DNA of 64,000 nt from Paraspadella gotoi (Eukaryota; Animalia; Chaetognatha). Below are positions 42,972-56,800 of the stretch, one piece after another. The DNA lies in the NCBI GenBank assembly GCA_051294375.1, contig CM119268.1, forward strand, positions 9,669,216 to 9,733,215, in the 5' to 3' direction. Every line of letters begins with the position of its first letter. Within the stretch, counting starts at the first letter, position 1. Made by a program: the position numbers and the translations under genes. Below the pieces are notes generated by a model. It was not told the DNA's origin. It saw only the letters and a list, made by a program, of their open reading frames with translations, and ran no database searches.

Positions 42972-45900
42972 CGTGTCCGCGCGCGGAGAAGATTTTAATC
43001 GAGCAAAATTGGATCACATCGACGACGACCTTCGCAACGAAAAATCGAGGAGGACAGGCTTTCATGAGGAGGCTCAAATTCCCATTTTATTCCCACAAAC
43101 AAAAAACAAAAAAAATATCTGTATATGACGAATATTTAGGGTTTGATTGAGGATATTTTGGTATTGATATATTTAGTAATCATTACTATTTTTTTTATTA
43201 AATAATATTATATATTATATTATTATTTTTTTATTATTATAATATTATTTTTTTACACTATTTGGCGCGATTTTTCAATTATTTCCTGGTACGTCTTCGA
43301 GCCTGAAAAACCTGGTTGGGTAATTCGGATACCAAATAAATCGTGATAAAAATTATGGTATCTTTTTCTTTAAAAAAAAACAGATCTGCATAATTTTTTA
43401 AATTGTCAGTGCGAATGAAGTTGGGTGATTCATTTCCCAATCGTGTTTAACTTTTGGAAAATAATTGAAATGAAAGGCTTGTCCGTTATAAGATGTTCGT
43501 TTCTAAGCCGCTATGGGACACAAAACCGGTTACTGGGGGGTTGACTCGTTCTGTCCGAATTAGATCGACGGTTTGGAATTGGGATCTTGCACAACCAGTC
43601 TCTACGTAGTCGTCTTACGGGGCCACAGTGCGCTGTCCTCCCTCCGCCTCTATGCACTTGCTCTATTTATGGGGATGTGGGCCGCAGCCGCGCCGCCTCG
43701 ATCCGAGGCTGCAGACCGTTTTCGTCGAGGAGCGACGGTTTTAAGGCCACGCGAGAAATTTTTAAACTTAATGGTAGTTCATGAAGGAAAAGTTCAAAAC
43801 CAGAGAGAGAGAGAGATAGAGAGAAGGAGAGGGAATGAGAATGAGCCAAACCACTTTTGGCGCTGGGCGATAAAATGAGATTGTGAGAGAGAAACTTTGT
43901 GTGTGTGTGTGGGTTTATTCGGTTCATGTTACTGCGCAAAGTGAAAAATGCCGAGTTAAATGTTTCTCAACAAAAGGAAATTTTTTTAGATAAAATTCAA
44001 ATCGAGATTTTGATAATTTTTTGTTTTTATTTTCAATGAGTTAAGTTTAAAAATGGCCATATAGAACAAATGCTGCTATGTACATGAAGAAAGTTTTATA
44101 AGGGTCATAAATTCCAAAAGCCAATTACGTTTTTGACATAAAGCGTTTTCGTGAATGTTCCCACCGCCCCCTTTACACCTCCCTTTAAAAATAATCAATC
44201 GATGAAGTCCATAGAAATTTAAAAATTTTACCTAAAAATTTGGCTTAGTTTGATGTCTGGCAGAAGACGTAATACACACTTAACATTGCTCGGTATAATT
44301 TCCTTTTTACTGATAGTCTTTTTTTTTTCAAAAACAGCCTCAAACACGAGTCCCGGGAGAGAAATGGTTGCTAGCTTTAAGAAAACCTATTTACGTATAT
44401 GTAAGCCAGTCTCTAAGACCGAGAAAAAGACCCTGAACTTTCCTTCTCACATTTCCTGGGTTCGTATTTGGTGAAACGAAGACTTTCGCACCCACCCCCT
44501 CCATCCCAAAAAAACATTTCTTTTTTCGACTGCCTGTTTCGATGCCTCGTTCCCCCATGACCACCAGTTTCCTGACCTTTATCCCTTTTCCTTTTCCTTT
44601 CTCCCAACTGCCCACGAAACATCCGCTCCCCTCCCAACTTCTTTATTCGTGTTTCCCCCCCCCCTCAAAAAAAATATCCAAATTCTTTCCCCTTTCTCGT
44701 CTTCTCTCCCTCCAGTACTTGCTAATTTTCTCAAACAATGCGCCCCCATGCCCACTATGGCTGAGAATTTTGTGGGTCTTTAAAGATCGTAGGAAAAAAA
44801 AGGAATACTTTGTTTCGAGGCAGCTGCCCTCGATCTCTTTCAACGCCGCTGCATTGGCGGCAGCGGCTGCTACCGCTGGGTCTGCGGCTATAGAGAGACG
44901 CCTGATATGATAATGTATTGTTATGTAAAGGATTGTATGAGAATATTAACGAGCTCCCTTTTCAAAGGTTATTTAAATATGTGACACAGGTGTAACAAAA
45001 TTACGAACATTTTAAAATTTTGCTTTTTAGTCCATAATTCTATTTTTTTTCACATGAATACATATAATATAAATTCAAAAATTCAAAAATAAACTTTAGC
45101 TTTAATAATATTAATGCTCGACTATTCTATACTTTTTTAATTGTATACCAACGGCCTTAGTCTATTGACTATTTAATAACTATCACTTGTATAATTTAAT
45201 ACTTAGTTTTTTTTCAATTTGATCAAAATCTTCGCTTTGTCGTACGAAAATTTTTTTTCAGTAATCCGCTATTCATGAACAACTTTCTTTCTCGATATTG
45301 AACCAGCAGAAAGTCCGCCGGCAAAGTAAGGCTCTTTATTGGGGATGAACTAATCTCCATAACAAGAGAATCCGAGGGAGCAGATCGCCTTAATTTGATT
45401 TGCGTCTTCACAAACTGATGAAGGAAGAGGGTGACTCTGACATTAAATGAGCCACGTAGGAAATGGGAGAGGTGGTTTTGTTTTTTTGTTTTGTTTTTTT
45501 TCTTTTTCATCCTGTCTGCTCTACGATTTCGTTAAAATTGTGTTTGCGCTCTAAAGTAAATGGCCTTTTCATGGCCCTCTTCCTTTTGTGTGTACAAGCT
45601 TGTGCGTACTTCTGGGAAAATTTATCATTCGTCTTTTTAACCAAGGCTCGGCTTTATCCGACCTGGAAATAAAAAAAGAAGAGCGGCCTTAGAAAGGATG
45701 GTGTGGTTATATTTAGCCCAAGCAAACAAGTGAATTTGGCCTGAATGATATCCTTTGTTAAAGAATCTTTGCTCCCATGACACCCTTCACTCAAACCTCA
45801 TTGTCTTTCTTTAAAGTTAACATAGAAGGTCTTTTTATCTTTTTATTTTGTACATAACGAGACGGATATTAATAAGTTCAAACTGGATTGAATTTTTGAA

Positions 45901-46368
45901 ATTTTAACGTTCAAATTCCTGATTGCTTCTCGCCCTGTAAAGACAAAGCATCCTGCGGGCGCTGGCGTGTCATGAGTCTTCAGCTGCAGGGGTCCGTTAT
46001 TGGTGCTTCACTTTACCCCAAATTATCCATAATCTCTTGGATCGTGATTCATGGCTAATTTCTTTTAGCCCCGTCGAATTAACGATTGTGATTACGACGA
46101 CCGGCCTCTGTTGCGACGACTTCGACCAGTTTCTCATTTGTCCTGCCCCGGTTATTTTTTCGGGGCGGCCGGGCCGATCGAGCAGCAGCCCCTTACGCAG
46201 CTGCGGAGGCGGCGAGCATTTTCTCCACCCGATGATCGTTATGATGATAGGACGACGTGAGTGTAACGCAGCCTCAGAGAGAGAGAGAGAGAGCGAATTC
46301 CTTCACCTCTTGACCCCGGGTTTACGGGACTAGACTCGGTCCGCGGCCCCGAGTCCGGTCCTGTGGGT

Positions 46369-46497
46369 TTACGTTTTAACCCAGTAGAATTCGTCTTCTT
46401 CGGCGAAATGGGCTTCGTCGTACCGAATACGTAACGATCGCTGGCGAAGATCGTTAAAGGCTCCTGCAAAGATGTCGAAATACCACTGCCAGGGCAT
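46369..46497 (-). CDS. Candidate small ORF / first coding exon MPWQWYFDIFAGAFNDLRQRSLRIRYDEAHFAEEDEFYW(VKT)
   Basis: gccATG context, upstream in-frame TGA, acceptor-like AACAG ~45 nt upstream, protein-like composition. No homolog recognised. Confidence 0.4.
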   Translation of the reverse strand: MPWQWYFDIFAGAFNDLRQRSLRIRYDEAHFAEEDEFYWVKT

Positions 46498-49400
46498 GGC
46501 GAGGCTTGGTCAGGGTGGATTGATAAGATCCTCCTCTGCATCTGTTCGATATAATTAAGGGGCGTGCTGAATATTACAGAATATTTTAATAAATATAAGA
46601 AGTGAAAAAGCTTTTGGAATACAAATTTCGTTTACACTTACAAATCGTATGTCATGATATTATTTTTAGAAATTTATTCATAAAAAGGACAAGATTAATA
46701 TTTCAGTGTGACTACTTTCGCTTTCATTCGTTGAATTTATTAAAGAACGAGTTGTGTGGGGATACGTGACGACGAATCGCGTGATTAGTAGCGATTTTGT
46801 CTTCGCCTTAATTTGTCCAGATATTCCCCATCGCGAACCCAGCGTGACGTGGCCAAACGGTCACCATAAATTTCATTTCGGTCCCCTTTCGCCGCTCCCC
46901 CACCGGCCGAACGGGACGCAGCCAAGCCGGATTTCCATCCCGCCCTCCCCTCGCTTTATTGAAAAGATCTCGCGCGCCTCGCCACGGAGAGGTCTCGATA
47001 TTGAAACGGGTTTCTCTCAAGTCTTTCTCTTTCAGCGGTGATGGTGAAAGAAAATCCTCGCGGCATGGTTTCCTCATTGATCGGTGTTACGTAATACATA
47101 GTATAGCTATCCTTCGTGTAATTATGTATATGAAGTGAAACTTTAGAATTATCACGCTTGGATTTTATTTTTTTTTTCTTTCCCGTCCTTTCGCTGCCGA
47201 TTGGCACATTGTCCACCTTTCACGTCCGTTTTTCACTCCCCACTTCAAACGTTCATCCTTTTTGGCGTCTACGTGGGCCTCCATTTGCGTTTGTTTGCTA
47301 ACGCAGTTTTATGGGGAGAGTTTTTAGCGGAGAGCCATGTCACCGCGCTTTATTAGAAAGGGTGTGTTGACAGTTCGAAAGGCCATTCCTCTCCGTCTCG
47401 CGGGGCTTTTCTCCCCCCCTCCCCGCTTTTCTAAGTTTTAATCCATTAGCCAGTTGTCAATACTCCATCCCTCTGCCCCTCTTGTAGAGCTGCTAGTCGC
47501 CTTATTCCCCATGATACTGCCATTAGCGCGTTGTCAATAAAACGTGCATCTCCCCTTTTTTTTCTTTCCACCCATGCCCCTACTTTTTGTTCCCCCCCTC
47601 CTCTCCGTTAATATATTGACTTCCGTCGTTTTCTGCTTGTATTTTTATTTTTTCAAAGCTCTCCTCTCCCTCTTTCTCTTCCCTTCTCTCACCTTTCCCC
47701 ATTTCTAACACTTTTCCTCTTTCATTCCCATCTCTTCAATCCCCATCTTTATTGCTTTTAGCCGATTGTCAATACGGCGACGCTCGCACTCACGTCGGTG
47801 CACCTGTGCATCGCTCTCGGCATGGGTGGGTAAGAGCGAGCTCGATAGGCAACGGGTGGGTGAGCGGAACCGTTGTCGCCTTATCGCCGTCATCGGTGCC
47901 TCGACGCCGCTGCCATGACGACCGCTTCTCTGTCAACATGATGCATCGGCGCTGGCACCATCACCGACCCGAGAGCCCGGAGGTGGCTCTCAGGTTTTGA
48001 CGGTCGGTGCTGCGCGGGAAAAAAAAAGTTGAGTGGAGGTTTCGGCCATGATTCTGTGCGTGTTATATACTATGTAAATTGGTTTTATAAAACTGTATTT
48101 CAAATTTAATTAAAAGCATTCTTAAAAATTTGATTAAGCGAGCATAGCGTCGATTAACATTTTTTTTCCCATTTGATTACGAAAAAGTTGGGAGATTGGT
48201 AAGTAGCAGGAAATCCCCATGGGGCGAGCAGATTTGGGAGGATCAGGTTACGTTTCCATCGAGTTTCGCTTGAATGGGGTCGTGGGAGACAGCGTGAGGA
48301 CAAAGGGAAGTTGGGTAGGACGCGGCGAGAGAGTGAGTGAGAGAAAGAAAACGTTTTCCGACAGAGAGCAGCTGCCTACTTTCGAACCCGCCGCCGCTGC
48401 CTATGGTGGTCCTTTCCCTGGCAGCTGCGTCTCTGCGCTGCGGACATCGGCGGTCGCGGATCGCCGACTCAATGGTGCAGCGCAGAGAGAGAGAGAGAAA
48501 GTGCCTCATCGCGTGAGAAGCGTGCGTTGTTGCTGAGGACAAGGGGAAGTTAAGGAAAGCCATCGATTATTTCGATGGTGAGAGAGCGAGTCCTCGCATG
48601 GGGCCGAACGGAGAAAGAGTGGGAGAGAGAGAGAGAGGGAGGAGGGAGGGGGACGGTGGAGCCAGCGGTGCGGTATACATAGATGGAGGATGGGGATTGG
48701 GGAAGTGTTATGGACTAAAAATTGAATTAACCATATGAAACGGGCGTCGCTAGCAGATCTCATGGGGACTGTTATAAACGGATTATCGCGTTCATGAAGT
48801 CGTTACAGATCGGGGGGAAAAATGCGGGCGGGGCAGCCCGGCGGGATAAAAATCGATACAATGTCGCAAGCTCGCCGGGAAACGCGTCCTAAACAAAGCC
48901 AAGGATAAAAAAGAGAAACGCCCGTGCTTTTTCCGTGAACTGCGAACTCGGAACATGCAAAGTTTGTAACGTTGCGGAACTGAAAAGCATGGAAGTCTCA
49001 AAAAAAGACATTAATCATGAAAGTTGAGAGCAACTAAAACCGCCCGAGGAAAATGTTGGAGAAAAAAAGAATTTTGAAGTGCTGTGAAATGAAGCTTTGA
49101 ACATTTGTAATTATTTGCTTAACAATACACATTACACAATAAGGCGATGTTTAAACGAATGACTTGGGACGTCTTCATGGCCAACTTTCCCTCGATATTT
49201 CCAAAACATTTTGAAACTATTTTAATGTTGATAATTCTAATACGTAAACATTCCTTCTGTTCGCATGAAATTTTAAGCAAGCTTTTCTCAATATTTTCGT
49301 GGCATTACCTATAGTTCGAGATTATACTAAATTATGATTCCCGAAGCTTTCCGGAAATTGGGCAAAATCGATTTAATTAAATATGAAAGCTTAAATGCTC

Positions 49401-49859
49401 AAGTCCGGCTTTTCCAAGATCCACTTGGGTCGATGTCGAATGTCGATCTTCGAGGATGCGCAGAGTTTAGGGGAGGGAATTATGAAAAAAACGTGACGAT
49501 CTTTCTCCCTCGTTTTTGGCCCGAAGGGACCAGTTGTTGCCCTGGCCGGTCGGCAGTGGACGCTGGCGGCCGAATTCGTACTGACAAAGAGAGGGTCGAA
49601 GGTATTTCCTCGGGTTCATTATGAGAGGGACGGTTTTGTGGGGAAGAGGGAAGAGGAATGGTTCTCTCTCTCTCTCTCCCTCGCTCTCCCCGGTTCGAGG
49701 GAGTACAAATGAGAAAAAAAAAGAAAGGGCCATAGTCGAAGCAGTGGTTAAAAATAGCCAGTTGGCAAAGATTACGCTTTATACGTGTAAGATCGGGAAT
49801 TTACCCTCGGTCATACGCGCACACACTAAAAAGAAAAAAATCTCTCTGTGACGTCGTCC

Positions 49860-49899
<40 letters not shown>

Positions 49900-52800
49900 C
49901 AATACGAGTAATTTTGATGAGCATCATCGTGGATTGCCCAAACCGCTTTTCTTCGATCCTCATTCTCTCCCGCTTTCTTCTCTCCATGCATGATGACGGC
50001 TTTCGTCATTTGACAACCTACTGGACGACTTTTCTTGATTCTTCATGGTTAAAATCCCGACGCGGTTATGCGCGACTTCGTGGGTCTGGTCCGGCTTTTT
50101 GTTGACTTCTTTTTTTTTTCTCTCTTCGACCGTCGATCAGTCTCGAAATCTCTCGCGAAAACCATTTGCGAAAAAAAAAAGAAATAATCGCACTCTTCAT
50201 AAATATCTCGTCCCTCCGCCCAAATATTGACTCGAACGACGACGGCATTTTATTTCCGCGCGTGGAAGGATTACTCGGGTGATTCCATTCATGGTTCGAT
50301 GGTGCCGCCATTCATTGACTCCATCATCGACTTCATTTTCGCCTCCCTTTTTTCCCCCCATTCATCTCGACTTCGTCTCGAGATTGGGCTCATTGTCCGG
50401 CCCTCGACCTCATGAGCCCATGGTCGGATCAGTCGATGTCCTTAATGACGATTCTCGCCGATAGTGGGTCATAAAATTAGGGACGCAGAGTCAATTCACA
50501 CTCGCGCGACTCGATCTCCGGTGGGCGCAGCGGGAAGTTGTCGGTACCAGGCGTCGCGGAAATTCTTTTTCGGATGACGAGAATATCCTCTCATTATATC
50601 GTAAGTTAAAATGATAATGAATTAAAAAATTATATAATGCTGAGCTTGAGGCTGATGAGTAAAGTTTTTTTTTTCTTTTTTTTTCATGGGCTGTTTTAGG
50701 AAAACATAGTAGGGGCGAACGCTCGTCGTTTTTTTCTGGTTTTTCACGTTGAAGAAAAACAGATCCGCGTTATGTTTATACTATTTTTCTGGTTTTTTTT
50801 TCAGTCTGATGAAGCTTTTCGTGGTGCTTGAGCCTATCCAATCTTCACCAGTAGCTTTTAAAACATACAATAGTAATAGAAAGTAATTTTGTATCAGGTT
50901 GATGAAATAATTTTTTTATTTAGTTATAAGTTAATTATTTTTTTTATAATGATTACTTCAACTTAAAATTTGGCGGTTCGCTCAGTATCAGTATTAGCAA
51001 ATCATCATTCATTAGAAAGGAAAGTATTGATAATTGGAATATTATTTTTTTTTATTTAAAATTAAACGAATTCTTCAAATTACGACATTACTACAATTTA
51101 TACTTCGTAATTCCCTTACTACTGTTTATTATAGTATCTCTAAATACCTTTCTTCATTTTATAAATCATATCACAACACACAAGTGTCCTGTGCGTCGTA
51201 ATTTCGCTTACTGTTTGATTTGATTTTGATTTTCGACTCTTGACTTGAATGAGGATTAAAATTGGAGTTGTCCCATTTTCAATTAACAAAACTTTTAAAT
51301 ATTTTTGTTACATCATAGCGTCTAGAAACGAGGTTGCTCAGGAAGAATTCCGCCAATTGGCTTAAAGTTGAAAAGAGTTTCTTTGCTGGCATTAAAAAAA
51401 CTCTCTGAAATTCTGTGTGTGTGTACGAAACAAAAAGAAAGGGGAAAAATATGTTATTAAATTTAAATAAAGATAGATTATACAATTATTTCTAGTCTAA
51501 ATTGACTTGATTTTGCCTCAGAGCTTATTAATTTTTTAACTAATTATTGGCATTGAGAAGCAAAAGATCAATATCTTAATTGAACTGAGCGAAAAATGAT
51601 AGTTATGATATTAATAAAAGTTTAATCAAGAGACCTCAATGGTTAGGAATATCTTCTTTAATGTCCTTCCTTTCACGGCAGCTGCTTTTTTCTATTTTCT
51701 CTCTTTCTCTCTCTCTCTCTCTTTTTCTCTCTCTCTGACCGTCGAGGCCTCCGTCATCATGTTATGGAATTTCTGGGTGTTTGCCGACTCCGAGCCTTTC
51801 GTCCAACTTCCCTCTTCCTCTCCTTTTTTTCAGCTATGTGCAATCATGGTTTGTTTGCTGGCCATCTGACCCAGAGTAAATTTCAGGAATTTCCTTCGCT
51901 TTGATCCGAGTTCCGTGAAACGAAGAAAGAATAGGGTTTGAGTAAAATGGGGATTATGGATTCTTCTGTGGTCGTTCGGTTTCTCTCGTTTTTCGTTTGG
52001 TCCTTGCCAAAGCAAAGGGTATGTCGGATTTGGAATCAACCACTTAATGAAATATGTACTATGTACCATTTAATTTTTTGAATGAAAAAACTTTTTTACT
52101 TCCCATGCTTACACAAACGGAAACAATTGTACCAGATATAATCTTTTTTGTTTTGCGCCTTTGCGGTTATGAGTCGGTTATCAATAATTGTTAAGCCATA
52201 AAAATATTTTAGATTTAATCGAAGATTTTTAACTGGCGAAATGATTAATTAATTATAGCCTGCAAGTTTCCGTAATTTAAGTTGTCTCTCTCTCACCGCG
52301 ATTAGGTGAAGACTTGAGGCCAATTTTTATTTTCCTTTGGTCACATGGTCGAATAAATCCGCCGTAATTTTTTTTTTAGAACGAAAGTGGATTGGAATTT
52401 CGCAATGGTAGAAGTGTTATAATTTTGAAGCTGCTGCTACATAGAACGAAATTTGGAGACCACCAGGCAGAGAGAGAAAGAGAGAGAGAGAAAGAAAGAG
52501 TGTAAAGGTGTTAAGAAACCATCCAAACTCAGATTTTCTTCTCTCGCGCTGGCGTCGCTTTCCAATCTAATCTTGTCTAGAGCATAAGTGTTATGATGAA
52601 AAATCCGATAGACAAGGATTTGACTTATTAAATATTAAGTCGATTATAGTTCCTGGAGATTTACTTGCAAAAATTTGTTAAATAACGCGGAAATTTTTTG
52701 TTAACCACCGCGTATAAATTTCACGGCACTCCTCCAACCCTTACATTGCCTTCTTTATTCGTTAGAGAATTTTTTTTTTATTATCTCATGCCATTGCGCA

Positions 52801-53849
52801 GAGACGTGTTTGCCGAATGAATCACGCCAACTTGTGAGTTAAGTTGGGCCACCGAAGTCTCATATACCTATCGAAACAGAAAGCGAAACTTTCCCAGAAC
52901 GAAAGAGAGAGAAAGAAGGAAATGCATTTGATTACCTTTCGTTGTTATTGTTAATATTTCTCTCATATTTCTCGTATATTCTCATTCCTCGGGGGCAAAA
53001 AAAGCATTGTACTTTTCATTTGCTATAAATTTTTCATTTGGTAAAGTTTCATTAATTCGCTCGACACCCTTTCCCAAAATCCTTCGTGATAAACGCGTAG
53101 CCTTTTCCTTTTTGTGGTTTGACTTACGTTCACACTACCTCGAGTCCGTTTTGTTGGATCCGTCGATGCCAAACTGAAAATCAACTGTCAATTCGGGTTT
53201 TGTGTTACGGGTTTGATACCTGTTGGACTTTCCGCTGCAAATGGCCATCGAAATCCCAGCGAATATAGAGAATGGTGTGAAAGTCCGACTCTCTTTGGTC
53301 GCAACTTTAAGCGCCTAAAATAAAAAAATAAGTTTTCACTTAATGTTTTTGTTCGATTAAACAAGATTTTTTCTTTAATATTTGGCCGCATTATTTTTGA
53401 TTAATTGAAGAACGTTTAATCGATATGAATCAAGTTGCAATTACCATCGCTGCTACTTCGTGATGAATTCAACAAAAAAGAATTATTTTTAGTGGTTTTC
53501 GTAATTTGGTTTCTTTCACAGATTCTAGCGAAATAAGCAGGTGGTCATGTAAAATATTCACTAATAATTGCACCTTAGATGCTTTTAAAATCTCGATATT
53601 TCAATATTCTTCGTGACCATTTTCGTTCGCTGCAAAGAAGGCCACCCAAGAAACTAATCTTCCGATCTGCCCTTACCCAAGGGAAATCCGAAAAACAGAT
53701 ACTTACAGAGCAATCGAATTTCGGACGTGTTTTCTTAAGGAAAATTTTCCCATATCCTTTTTTTTTTTTGGCTGGGGGAACTTTGTACTCTATTTTACAC
53801 TATTGATTGGTAGTACTATTACATATTTTTTTCTATATCCTGTTTTCAG

Positions 53850-56800
53850 AAACTAAGATGAATCCCGAAACGACGATGAATCCCTCGTCGATTTTTTCCG
53901 ACGATACGGAGGCTTGCCGCGCTCAACTCTCCTGTCAATTTTGCGAGAAGAAGTTCATGCTTCGAACAGCATTGGAGGCGCATCTCAAGACCAAGCACCC
54001 CTTCCGCAGCAGCGCCAGACTCCTCGGTGGCGCCTCTCTGGACGCCTTTCTCGGTAATCAAATTTTAAACATTTTTTTTAAATCGTGGCTCTCACGAGAG
54101 TCTCACGACGCCAAGCAAACCTTTCAACGCCGATTACCCTTCCAGGATTGTCGGATAAAGACTCTGCCACATCCCCCGTCCCATCAGTCGAAGTCCAGCG
54201 CGGATGAATCGACCCCGTCGTTGAAAGTGCCTTCGCCGCCCTTTCCCTCGACTCGCCCATCGCCTTATCCTTGGGTCCCTCGCGAGTCTACGAATCAAGA
54301 ATCCGCTCAAACCAAGACCTTGCTGAAAAGAAAACTCGCCGACGGCATGAAGGAGAACCAAGAAAACGCGAGTCCTTTCATCGCCAAATCCCCTTTTCAT
54401 CGCGAGGCCATCTCGGGTCAGTTCTTCTTTCTTTTTCGCGTCTCATTCTTAGTTTTTTCGAGGGGGATTTTTTTTTTCCGCCATAGTGTTGTCCCGCGGG
54501 GGTAAAGTTTCAAGACGTCGGGGATGGCTGGTATAACTTATGATTTATTTTCGAAAATGTTACGACCAACCTGAAAATTACGTACGAAGGATATAAACTA
54601 AATAAATTATGTATATTTATTAAATTTCTTCACGTTTTAACATTATTTATCATAGTTCCCCTAAATTATAAACGGAAGATATTTCCAACTGAAACCTTTC
54701 TTTATCGAACCCAGATTACACCCGCCAACAGCTTCAGCAGTTTCTCATTGCACCGAGACGCGAAACTTCTCCATCCGGGGATGTCATCAACAACAACAAC
54801 AATAACAACAACAACTTTTCGCATCCGAAAGATTTCGGTTACGACGCTGCCGCTCCGGTTGCGTCTGCCTCTCCCTCTGCAGCTGCCTCAGGAGGCTCAG
54901 CTTTCTCGATGGGAAACGACGCGAAATTGTTTGGACAAGCTTTAGAGGGTCGGAATACATTTCCCAAAGGTCAGTGTGGCGAAGTATTCACCATCTTCGA
55001 GGGAAAAGAGATCAGAAAATATCGAGGGAGTCATTCCTAATCGGGCTAATGCTGTATCCTTTAAAGCTTTATTATTGTTACAAAAACTTTCTCTCATGTA
55101 AATTTTATAGGTTATCGAGTTTTTATTTTTTTTTAATTTTAAAATTTTTATTTTAGGCGGAAGCATGTTGTTAGATCGTCTGTCAGGGGAAAATAATGAA
55201 CCAAACATACCAACTGCTCAAGAGGTCAACAATATGTTATCTGCTGCCGGTAAAATCTTTTTAACAATTAACAGGCGTTTCAAAGCTTTTTAGATCTATA
55301 AATTGCTAATTATGACGTAAATCTGAACAGGGTTTGATTTGTCTCCTTATTCCGACGCAAAGCGCAGTGGTTCGTTGCATTGTCCCCAGTGTCCAAAAGT
55401 TTTTGATAATGTCTACTCTCTTCGTGCCCATCTAAAGGTAAGACTTTAACAAGGTTTTACAAGACTTTTCTTTCTTTTTATAATTTTACATTGTCCATTC
55501 CAGGCAGTTCATTTAAACATCAGGCCTCACAAGTGCGCCTTTTGCGATAAGGCCTTCCCGCAGTTGTGGAAATTAAGACAGCATACCAGATTGGTGCATA
55601 CTCACAAAGGTGAGCCCTCCGCAAGTTGCCGTGATGCGCTGGGTGTAAAATTACTTACCATCGACGATTCTTTTAGGTGTGCGTCCGTTCAAATGCGCGT
55701 ACTGCAGCCACGCGTCCTCGCTGATTCACAATTGCAAGGCCCACATCAAGCAGAAGCATCCGGGACTGGAGGTCAGGGTCGTGACAGAGTCGACCAACGA
55801 AACTACTGAGGCTCAGGATCATTCGCCCGACGATGGTTCCGACGGTGCGCAAGGTCACGAAGACGGTGAGTCAGTGAGTCCCAATATTCATATTCAAATG
55901 AACAAAAACAAAAACTTAAAATCATTTCCTGTTCTTCTCTCACTAGAATTGTCGTTGTCGCATAATTCCGGGGAATTAAACGTGACACTCGAAGGTGACG
56001 ACGACATCGAAGTCGAGGATTCGAAGATGGACACTGAAAGTAAAAGACGCAATCTTAATTCTCAGCCGGAGACTCGATTCGACTTAGTAATAAACCCCCC
56101 CCCGCCCCACCCTCCGCCCTTTTTTACAGCGCGCTTTCCATCGCTGTTAACAAAAGAAAACCTTCTCGCGCTCAACGCGCGAACGGAACCGATGCCATCT
56201 CACGATCCCAATCGCCGCCCAAAAAGGACATCAACGACATGTTCGCCAACCGGTTGGCAGCGACGGCCAAGTCCAAATCCGACGCCGGTGGATTTTTCGA
56301 GGCCGCCTTCGCCGCCAAGATCAACGGCAGTCTCGGTGAGTCAAATTTATTTATTACGCTTGTTCATTTGTTTGTTTTTTTTTTCTGAGATCTTAGCTCA
56401 ACGACCCGTCTTTCACAGAATCCCCCAAGAAGAAAACGCTGTCCTCTCTTTTCGGGGCTCCACCATGCGACGCTCCATTTCCCACGCCTACTTCTCCGCC
56501 ACCACCTCCGGCGCCTCTTCTTCCGCCAGTAACGACGCCGCCGCCCTCGGAAACGGCGCCTCCCGCTTTCCCTTCGTCGTCTTCGTCGAATCGACGGAAA
56601 AAGTCGAAGCCGACGAAGATCGTTGGCGGCGACTATTTGTCGGTCAATTCGGATCCGACTCTGGCGTCGCCGTCTACAGCGATTCTTCCTAAAATCGACG
56701 TCGACTCTGAACCTTCCCCCGAAGACCTCGAAGTCGCCGACGCCAGCGCCGCCGGAACCCGAGTTTCGACGGAAAAGGCCGCCACGACGCGGGCGTCGAA

